A stretch of DNA of 64,000 bases from Blasia pusilla (lineage: Eukaryota). Both the position numbers and the translations under genes were made by a program. The DNA lies in assembly GCA_050084515.1 (NCBI GenBank), contig CM114271.1, positions 31,744,001-31,808,000 of the forward strand, read 5' to 3'. This document shows positions 53,998 to 64,000 of this stretch, piece after piece. The stretch's first letter is position 1; the number at the start of each line of letters is the position of its first letter. The notes under the pieces are model-generated. The model worked only from the letters and a program-made list of their open reading frames with translations. It had not been told where the DNA came from and ran no database searches.

Positions 53998-55509
53998 AGT
54001 ACTGAGTTTATATTGAATAGTATGATTTCCAAGTAAATAAAATTTGAAAGAAAATTGGCTCATCAATCTTTTAGACATGGAAGATAGATATTTTTAGGGA
54101 TTTATAAGGTTTGAACCTAATAAAGACTAGTTAAAAATTAACCATGCCCCTCCAATGGACCTTTAAGAAGTACTCAAAATAAATTAAAAATTTTAAAATT
54201 TAAATATATTCTCTAAAGGTTAAGAAAAAATGAAAAAGATTAGAAATAGATTTTCTTTCAGATATTTGAAGAAGATTTATTATTTTGACACACTCTCATA
54301 TTTACTTTTTTTATTTTCCCAAAATATCAAACATATTATTTTATTTCATTTTTGAAATATTTTCTAATATTTTAATGATTAAAATCTTCCCCTCGCTCTA
54401 CTTTTCAGTTTAATATAGGTCCATAGGGTAAGTTTAAGAATAGACTTCATGGATAATATTTTTTTCAAAATAAGAAGTCACATCTTCTTATAAAATATAA
54501 ATTGAAAATCTTCTAAAATATGAAAACATATTTAAATCTAATAAATACACTTATATATATTTTTATTCTAACAAACATTTCCATCATCCTACTTGCCACC
54601 TTATCAAAGAATAACCTTGGAGAAAACTCAGAGACGTTTCATGAACTCACTTCATGGATAACTTTTATGATTGGCTCACATTCACATGTCTTCAAGGTTG
54701 GTAGAGGTCATGGTGTGGGGCCCTAGGGTAATCGTGTTGGTCATAGGTTTGGTGGTGGTCAAGGACCGCTAGTCACAAGGGTTGATGGAACTGGTGTGGC
54801 ATATGGTGATCTTTGTTTGCCTTGATTGCCAATCTAAAGTAGTGGGTGACTGCCCTATTGACTCTACAATATCTAGCCAATGTTAGGATTAGGGATGCTC
54901 AACCAATAATGGCGGAAGTAGATGATAGTGTGTATACGGATTTGGATTTTATGTTTGGTGGAGGGAAGTGCCATTATGACCTGTGGTGCGGCTAGAGCAT
55001 CTAATTTGTGTGGTGTTGCTTTGGAATGAGATCCACAATGAGGTGAGGCTGGTTGGTAGATATGATAGTCAAATTGCTTATGAAGTTGGAGGTGGTAAGG
55101 ACTCCATTGATGGGTCCTAGTCGATCGCCATTGAGTACCGTTCTTAGTGAGGGATTGAGTATGTCTCATGGTGTGGCAAGATTTCTAGTGGAGAGTATGA
55201 GATCTCGAGAGGAGCTAGAAGTGAGTATATTTTTGGGGGCGATGATGAAGATGTGCCCTTTATTTTCTGCCATGGATTTGGAGACTTTAAGAGTGGGCTC
55301 AATTGAGGTGTTTCGATTGGTCACTATATTATGTGAGATTGGTGGTGTTGGTGCCTCGAGTGTAGAGTTAGCCATAGTGGAGATTGTATCTTTTGGTGGT
55401 GAGACGATTGTGGCATTGTTGATATCGATTGAGTCTAGCGACACGTGGTAATCGGTATCAACTTGAATGAGGAGTTTCCCACGAGGCCAACAAGCAAGGG
55501 CTTCATAGG

Positions 55510-57670
55510 GCTTGTGTAACTCTCAAACTCATAAGACCACTCCTCAAAGGTAGAATGCCCCTCAAGACCTCTCCTCTTCTTTTATATACGTAGAGATAGG
55601 TATAATGAAGACAAATTAGCTCTACCCATCCTTATCCCACATGTCCTCTTCTCATAAGATGAGAGGATCTTCTTTGGATTCTAATGTCCCTATCTCATCA
55701 TATTACATCTACCCCCACTCTCATCTTTATCTTATGTTTTTTTATCTTTTCTATTTTTGACTGGTTTTTTCCACTTATATGATATATGTCATAGACTCTA
55801 ACTTAATTATGACTAACAAAGGATGGTTAGAACTTGAAATTAGGCCCTTATGGAGAGACATGATGACATTGTTATGGGGTTACTAATATTGGTGCCCTTT
55901 GATGTTTGGGAGTCTTCAAAAGAGATCAATACAGAGATTGATATGGGCATGGTGGTAGTGTTGTCACATGAGATGCGGAGGTTGTGTTCATTTGGTGTGG
56001 AGGGAGATGAGACACGGGGATTGGATTTATCTCGGTGTTCCAATGCTGAGACTTTCACTATTAAGCATGTATAGTCCTACGCAAGCATTTTTTGTGACGT
56101 TCGATGGTTGGAGATGTAATACCCGGATGTTAGTATATGTTTTATGTATGTGTGATAACAATATATATTATGTAGTAATGTGTATGCGCATGAAAATTAT
56201 CTTGATATTTTTTAGGCCTTGATAGAGAGGCTATGAGTGACATAACGTGTGGAGAGGCTATGAGTGACTTGTTGGCTTCCCTTGGTGACCTATGTGCACA
56301 AGTTACAATTCATACTTTGGGCGCTTTCTTGGGACCATCTTGGAGGTTCTAGGAATTTCTTAGTTGGACCTTCCCTATTTCCTAACTTCCCAATACTCGC
56401 AAGTCTTCCGAGACTTGGGACTAACTTTCTGGTTAGTCTAAGCATCTAAAACGACGTTCGTACGCCTCGAGGTCCCAACTATCTTATGGACCTTGCATGA
56501 GCCTCCAAATCAAGACCCAACTAAATAATTTTTAGGTTGGAATCCAATAGGAACCTCCGGAATCCACTCTATTGGACATGGTTCGAGTTTTGAATCCCAG
56601 CGCCAAAACTCCCAATCCATTTCGTGCCCTTGGATCGCCTCGCGGTGCCCCAAAGTGGAATTCGGGTCCCAAGTACTATTTGAGATCTTCCACCTTACTA
56701 GTACTTCTGGGGATCCCCGTCCTCCTCCTACCTTTGGGAAAAAGACACGCGGGCCCCTCTTTTTGGCCCTCAATCCGACTCCTTATACTAATTCTTTTGG
56801 CCAATATGTCAGCCTCTGCTTTTGCGTTTGCTAAGATCTTTAGTGTGTTGAAAGTGGCTTTGTATGAGCTTTCCAACGCCATCTTATTTGTCCCAAAGGC
56901 ATCTTGGGACTAAAAGTTATGGTCCAAAATACAGTCAAAGCCCCAAACGCTAGATATAGTCACATTCCAAATCGGGTTCAACCAACCTTCCTAGACTCAA
57001 CTCCTTTCAAGTTTCGGTTCATATTTGGTCGAGATTTCCTAGTCACGACCATAAACGCATGAAACGCTCAATATTTTTTGCGTCTCATTTCTTGTGTCTC
57101 TTCTAAGAGACCACTCCAACTCGCAAACCATCCTAGTGTGAGCCTGCTAGAGTTTGGATGTTCTGCTTGGCGCTTGTTTGGTTATGAGGGTTCTGATAGA
57201 TAAGCTCATCTTTCTATAGTTAAGCCTTCCAAGCATAGGCTAGGGTAAGATGATGTGTGTCAACGAATTAAACTTGGATTCCCTTATGTTGAGGGTGGGT
57301 GTAATCATCCTTCGTTAATCATGGTTAAGTTAGAATCTATAATATGTAGCATATCAATGGGAAAGAACCAACCAAAAATAGAAAAGAAAAATAATATCTA
57401 AGAAAGATGAGGATGGGCCCATAAATCGGTGAAAAGTAAAATAAATATGAGATCGTGGGTAGATGTGATAAGATGAGCTAAGGACACTAGAGTCCAAAGA
57501 AGATCCTCTCATATTAGGAGATGAAGACATATGGTCTAAGGATGGGTAGAACTAATTTGTCTTCATTGTACCTATTTCTAAGTATTTAAACGAAAAGGAG
57601 AGTCTTGGAGGCTAGGGATATTTTACCTTTGTGCAATTCTAGAGTGGTTTTATGAGCTTGAGAGTTATAA
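55510..57670. repeat. Inverted pair of diverged ~320-370-bp LTR-like repeats (55510-55830 versus 57300-57670)
   Basis: AATGAAGACAAATTAG.TCTACCCATCCTTA and GAGAGGATCTTCTTTGGA are reverse complements of segments in 57490-57570. Confidence 0.8.
56300..57198. mobile_element. Diverged LTR of the same family as 59449-60475
   Basis: Shared blocks TTTTGGCCAATAT…TGCGTTTGCT.AGATCTTTAGTG, GTTATGGTCCAAAA.ACAGTCAAA.CCCCAAACGCTAG and the terminal TTTGGTT.TGAGGGT. Confidence 0.75.
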
Positions 57671-58439
57671 TGGGTTTGACTCTATGTTTATCTAGTTTTA
57701 TTGGAGAGGTGTTTTTCCCATATGATTTTTATTATGTGTCCCCCTTATGTAATAGTATACATATGGATATGGTGTACATGTGTCTACTGTTGTGATGTGG
57801 GTTATATTAATGTATGTTGTGTAGCGATGTGTATGCGCATGATAATTTAGGTTTGCATTTATACTCTCCAAGGTTTTACTATATGCTTATAAGTAAACAT
57901 ACAACAAGAAGGAGAGTACCTTTTTGCAATATCTCATTAAATTGATCAAGTAAAATAGAAATATCCATTGAAAGGGAGGGGTTCCATGCTTGGAGATCCA
58001 TCACCTGTGTATATATGAATACTCTGAGTATATTTTTTAGTGGGTAAGAATACAGATTATAGTGTGAGTATAGTTTTTGCATTATAGTTTTGTTCTAAAC
58101 AGTTAATTTTAAAAGTTACATGGATTGCAATAGGATGGCGAACAATGGGGCGAGCAAGCAAAAGCTTCCTAGTCTTTGTATACACGTTGTCTTTAGCTCC
58201 TATGCTCTTGCATTGCAAAAAATTGGTCTTCATCACTATGTAGCTTGTAAAAGCAAATAAGCTTCTATGGGAAGCTCATGATGTAGGAGACATCACTGCT
58301 AGAAGCCTTTTGCTAGTAGTCATGTTTTTTTAAAAACTATTGAACTATTCCATATGTTTTTTAAGTTTTTGGTGAAGTTACCTTTAATCAATGGGGTTTG
58401 TGATCAAAATAAACTTCTTTTATTCATGTGGTGTTTTTT

Positions 58440-58443
<4 letters not shown>

Positions 58444-58470
<27 letters not shown>
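58444..58470. repeat. (GA)n microsatellite
   Basis: Dinucleotide run. Confidence 0.95.
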
Positions 58471-58472
<2 letters not shown>

Positions 58473-59379
58473 TAGAGATTTGAGATGAGCACAAGAGAGA
58501 ATTAGGAGGAGCTGCATTCCCAAGGACAAACATGAGGATTGTGAAGTTAAAATGCAAGTTTGAGATATCACATGATTGGAAGGATACTAAGTAGCCTAAA
58601 ATCGTAGCATAAATAAGCACACTTTTTGAGAAAATATAAAGTCATTATGCTTAAAGAATACGGTGACTGAATTATGAGCCCTAGGAAATGGGTAGATTTT
58701 GCAGATACAAGAAGTGGTATGGCTAAGGATCCTAATAAAAAATTCAATAGGGGGTTCCAAAGATGACCAGATGTGAGGAATCTTGTTCACCCGGAAGTCT
58801 CTAAATGACATGTTTCCTCGTTAGGAGAAGACTCAGAAAAATACCTCCCGAACTTTCCATTTTGACGCTCCCAAGGAATGTGTGAACTTTCGGTCCGCTT
58901 CAACTTCTAGTTTCTTCAACTCATTGGGATCAAATTTTTTTTCGTAGTTACCTCTATCCACACTATTACCAAATTACCCTTCCCTACACTTCCATAAGTA
59001 AATCAAGTGACTCTCTAGGTGCAACCCCTCTACTTGGTTAGATCAAGATAGGAGGGTCTTTGACATCCCTAACATGCCCCAATCCCCAATACAAGATTAA
59101 TCTGCTAGTCCTTTGATATGATCCCATCAATCGAGGTTAAATTATAAAAAAACATATCGGTAGGGGATCAAGAATGATATCTTTAGTTAGAATTTTTGAG
59201 GAACAAATTGATGAAAGAAAAATGAAGGAAGATGAGGCATCCGAAGACCAAACTAGAGCACAAACATGGAATGGATTGTCCCCACATCTCGAAGATCAAA
59301 ATAGAGGTATGGCAATTTGTAGCACTCAATATAAGCACCCATGGTATGCCATTCAAATTTCAAATTCTACATGGAACTA

Positions 59380-60607
59380 TCTATAGGTATCCATATATAC
59401 CCATAGATAGTTACAAAAGGATAAGGTTAAAAAAGACCTCTTCCTTATTGTCGTGCACCTACTCTCCTTGAACGCTAATCTTGTTGTTGCGAAAGCGTGC
59501 GTTTAGTAGGACACGCTCTCAATGCTGATGTGCATCCAAACACGCACTCACGTTAGTCGAGTCTAGATCAATCAGCGGTTCTAACTTTCCGAGTTCTTGA
59601 ATTGGCCTCTCATCAAGGTCAACCTTCCTAGTTTCGTGGTTTACAACACAGGCAAGTCTCGAAAGACTTGGGATAGACTTTCTGGTCGGTTCAAGAACCT
59701 CAAACGGCCTTTCGTGCTTGGCGGTTCCAACTGTCCAATGGACATCCAATGAGTCACGAAAATGAATCGCGGGTTGGAATCCAAGTGTGGCTTACAAAGT
59801 CCACTCCCTTGGATCAGGTTTGGGTTTAGAGTTCCAACGCCAAACTCCAATTGCATCTTGTGCCCTTGAGACGCAATTTGGTGCTCAAAGTGGGGTTTGT
59901 GTTCCAAGACTTCTTGGAGAGACTCTCCCTTACCAGGTCTTCTGGGAATCCCCGCTCTCCGCCTAACTTTAGGGAAAGACAGTCGGGCCCCTCATATTGG
60001 CCCTCAACCTGATTGCTCTCGCAGTCGTTTTTGGCCAATATCTCAGCATGTACTTATGCGTTTGCTGAGATCTTTAGTGCGTTGGAAACGTCTCGGGATA
60101 AGATCTCCAACACACCCTTAATTGTCCCAAATTCAGCTTGGGGATAAACGTTATGGTCCAAAACACAGTCAAAATCCCCAAACGCTAGTCGAGTTCCAAA
60201 ATTGGTTCTCACCTCTTTGGCAACCAACCTTCCAAGACTCAACTCATCTCAAGTCTTGGTTCGCGTTTGGTCCAGGTTTCTTGGCCGTGACAAAAAATGC
60301 ATGAAACGCACAACTCCGTTCCGCGTTTTGTCTCTTGGACTTTTCCAAGAGACCTTTCCAAGAGACCTTTCCAAAAGCCTCTCCAAAGCGCGATCATCGT
60401 AGCATGAGCCCACTAGAGTTCTTATGTTCTACTTGGCGCCTTTCTGGTGTTCGTTTGGTTGTGAGGGTCGCGACACTTATGGTCCTCTTATGCTTGAATG
60501 TGTCAATTTAATCGAGAGAATTAAATTGAAGGGGTTTGTTAAGTCAAGATGAGAAACACGGGCGGAGTGAATTTTTTTTTCCGAGCATAGCACGGGTGAC
60601 CCATTAG
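59380..60607 (+). mobile_element. Short non-autonomous Helitron interrupted by the solo LTR
   Basis: A|TCTATA start, 3' hairpin CCGAGCATAGCACGG and …TTAG|T end. Both ends resemble the 14163-14352 element. Confidence 0.55.
59449..60475. mobile_element. Solo LTR, 1027 bp
   Basis: Termini TGTCGTG…CGCGACA and 5-bp TSD CTTAT (59444-59448, 60476-60480). No internal domain. Confidence 0.88.
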
Positions 60608-60633
60608 TATAGAATTGTATGCGGATGACATTA

Positions 60634-60920
60634 GGGCATCTCAGAAAAGCTCCGTAGGGTATGACGTCCGAAACCGTAATTTTCTATACGGCCAAATGCC
60701 ATGCTTTGGTGCCGGGTGCCATTGGACGCTCACCTCCTACGGCCGGACGTCCCAAAGGGATATGCGTGTATTTAAGTCACGCACCTTCAAAAATTACATA
60801 ATCGTTCAAAATTGAAACCACTCCCGACATAAATAAAAGCCGTCCCTAGTCTAGGTCAAATTGTTGAAGGACGTCCAAAACTTACGTCCTCCAAATGAGA
60901 CGCCCTATTGGAGTGTGAGG
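60634..60920. mobile_element. Possible decayed PIF/Harbinger (Tourist-like) MITE
   Basis: TTA|GGGCATCTC start, repeated GACGTCC motifs and a weak right end (TATTGGAG). Confidence 0.3.
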
Positions 60921-63014
60921 ATGCAAAACTATGGCGCGGCGAAAATCGGTGCCGATATGTATGCCGGCGATCAGTCCTCACATGCCTGAAACACCGACCG
61001 GCGAGGTGCAGAAGGGTAGCGCGCGACCCGCGCCCAGCAGCCGCATGGGCGGCGGGGCCAGGATGGAGTTAGTGAGAGAGGTTCTCACAGTACACCTCAC
61101 CCTCAGGGTTCTAAACTGCAGCTTGGACCCGTGTTCGCTTGCCTTACGTGGCACAGATTCACGACAACAGATAGGGTTGGTCCCGAACCGAAGGTCAAGT
61201 CTTTCGCTCCCGACCGGAGCGGAAAGCGCGTAGGGTGATCGGCGCATCGTTCAACCATGACGATGATCGATACCCTGGAGGATTTCCTTACCATACTATA
61301 TATGGTGGATAGGAAAGGGCGAGAGTGAAACTTTCCCGATCGGGCATGGAAGGGGAGGGATGGGAGAAAAACAGCGTAACTTGACGAAATAAAGAAAACA
61401 CGCAAGTTTGAATTCAGATGTTGAACATGGTCATGAGGGCTTGGTCGTCGACCTATGTGAATCTTCTCAGCCTAGGCTTCTAGACGCTGACCTCTAGTTT
61501 GAAAATCTGGCCTATTGGAACAGTGGTCAAGGTATCCCTCGTTCTCTTTAGGAGGCATCATATTCCCAAAAGTATGAGTGGGTTAAAAAATCAAATTGGT
61601 GATTACTTCAGCCGTATACTTTGGGCATTTTTCGCTCGATTAAGGCTCTACTACATAGAATCACTTGGTCTTTAGTTCGGTGTTTGATTTTTCTCATGGA
61701 TCATTTAGTTCATTTTTGAGATGGGATATCATATACGCAAGCAATGCATATGTCTAAATTCAACCTTTAATTTCCCTCCCAAGTAGATTCTATTTTTTTG
61801 AAACCCGGTCTTGCAAATGAGGTCATTTTTATGTGTGCATTTAGGATCAAATTAACCAGTTCCTAAATTAACCGGTGTGGGGAGTTTGAGAAGAGAATTA
61901 GTCATTGTACTCATGTGAGGTCACGTAGATAGGTTACATAGTGAGGGAAAAAACTGGTGTATGTAAAGGCCGTAATTATTTGAATGTCTGAGTAATGTAG
62001 GAAAATCCAAAAAATTTAAAAAGGTTTCACTTTATTTAATTTCTTTTTGTTCGTTGGTACAAGTAGTAGAGTACTGATATTGTATACTTCAATTGTGTCC
62101 TCAACCAACGCATTCATTCTTCTTATAAGATGCTAAGAACGTTGCCATTATTTTAAATACAATAAAATATATTTTACATGAATTATTAAATATAAGGTAG
62201 ATTTTAGAAAATTTAAAGAATAGACTCAAATTTAAATTAAAGGGATTCTCATGAAAATTTCAATTTACGGGAAAATTAGGAACTAAAAAATATGGGCTTA
62301 AATTTTTATTTATTGAAACTTATTACAACAAGGGGTGAAAATTTAGGCTATTCTTGCATACATCCTCTATCACTAATGGAAAAACTCATGAAGGAAGATC
62401 TCCCTCCAATCCTCTCTTCAAATTTAAATTCGACATTTATTTTCAAATTTTGCATGAAAGAACATATTATAAATTTCAGTCTCAAAAATAGAAATTTTCA
62501 AAAATTTTAACACATGAGACGCCAAGATATTCAGAAAAATTATATCTCTTTAGAAAATCTCACTATTCCCTTTAATTTGAAAGTTATTCTATTCGATCAA
62601 TTAATTTTTTATTCTATTCTTTAAAAAATTGTATTTTTACTCTCTTGTAATAATCAATATGAAATAAAATTAATCACCTTTGAAAAACTTGGGAACTCCT
62701 AGATCATATAGTACAAGAAGTGCAAATAGAAGAATCACCATATAGGTTAAAGACATAATTAAAGTGAGCAATATCGATAAATGTACTAATTAAAAACAGA
62801 ATCCAAAAAACGAGAATAAAAAAAAGAATGGAATAAAGGAAAAAAAGGGGAAAAAGAGAGAGGAAAAGAGCCTTTGAAATCCAAAATCACAATGAATTAG
62901 AGGAGGACCCTAAAACCTAACTCGACTTTTTGACTCTACGTGTCAAAGTATCTATACCAAAGGTTCCGTAGTTAATGTAGTAGCAAGAATCATGAAGTTA
63001 AGAAATGAGGGATG

Positions 63015-63330
63015 TGACTAATGACTTTATCCCCTCTGCTTTGGAAGTTTTTGGACACTTACATAATCGCTTACATATGCCGTTTGATATTTTTCTAACA
63101 ACACATGCTCATCATTCCCTTGAAAATCATCAACTCATATATATCTTTTCTCAAAATCCTTCTCCTTCCGGGTGTTACGACATGAACAAGCATGGGCATT
63201 GTTATATAGGGTCAAAGTGATGAGTGTATGCCATTCATCTCGTCGTTCATTCACATGTTATCCACTACAAGTGTTCTTTTCCTATTTATTTCAAATCATT
63301 ATTCATGTAACTGGTTGTGCATATATTTTT
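63015..63330 (+). mobile_element. Second, more decayed CRE-family 3' fragment
   Basis: FIPSALEVFGHLH…FDIFLTTHAHHSLENHQL matches FIPFAVEVFGHLHVSFDTFLKTCAHHSLENHHL of the 11490-12830 copy; 3' DNA blocks are also shared. Confidence 0.85.
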
Positions 63331-64000
63331 TCCTTTCTTGCCTCCTTCCCCTCTTGGGATGAGGTTCACTTTCCTTGCCATCTCATTCCTTGAGGTCTGT
63401 TTTCTTCTTCAAGTGGATGATTTACAACTTCACATGATGTTTTAATTAGCTAAGAAATCCATCTAATTTACACTTCCTTATTTACAATCCAACATCCCCA
63501 AATGTTGGAATGGCCGCGGGAAGAAGAGGAAGTGAAAATGATATTCAATTTTAGTTTGAATGCAAAAAAAAAAGGATTTTGGGGAGGGGAGTGGGCACAT
63601 GGGATTGAGGGAATTCCAATATGGATTCTTGGGGTCCATTATCTACATATTATTTGTACCATGTGTAAATCATATTTAGGAGTTATGGAGAACCTCCTTA
63701 ATTGCCCATTCCATCGTCCCTTATGTCCCCTTAATGGTAAGAGAAGATAAATTTTTACTATGCATTATGTTTTAGTAGGGTTTTCTATAATCTATATTAC
63801 GATGGGCGATCCTATATGGACAATAAGACAAAATAGTGGGAAAATAAGACAAAATATCAACATGTTTTACATTTGATATTCTAGGAAAGGAAAATGAATG
63901 TAAATGGAAAATATAAATTCTTTCATTAATTAAGAATTTAGGTAGTGGATGTTAGTTTGGTGGGAAGGGGAAGAGTAGGCATTGTTTAAACCTTTATGGA

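Noticed and set aside
61100-61200. Telomerase RNA template or group II intron end (AACCCTA, CGGTTC…ACCCTAT on the minus strand)
   Set aside because: The template match is too short and there is no proper domain V stem.

Overview
Repeat-rich land-plant nuclear DNA. The element mix (CRE and RTEX-like LINEs, a half-tRNA-primed Copia, an Athila/Phygy-like Gypsy) suggests a seed-free plant, which is an inference. The only recognisable host gene is a Rab5/RabF2 GTPase on the minus strand: exons 1-3 lie in the window, its introns are filled with transposons, and the 3' exons appear to lie beyond position 1. The rest is nested transposons. These include a 5' Copia piece, CRE-clade LINE remnants, short Helitrons, a complete non-autonomous CACTA (19572-25942), and a second CACTA-like region with a captured LSM3 exon and an LRR fragment. 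There is also a near full-length RTEX-like LINE sitting inside a (CT)n microsatellite, a Copia remnant, a CACTA transposase split by an 8.8-kb Gypsy element (TSD GTTCT), and solo LTRs. The best leads are apparent (CT)n/polypyrimidine targeting by the LINE family (three copies) and a RING-like motif in its ORF1. Also notable are a Gypsy with a PBS displaced 17 nt from the LTR plus an extra ORF, Pack-CACTA-like gene capture, long perfect hairpins around the Rab gene, and an unexplained hairpin-rich GC island near 61 kb. All family assignments come from motif recognition by eye; no searches were run.
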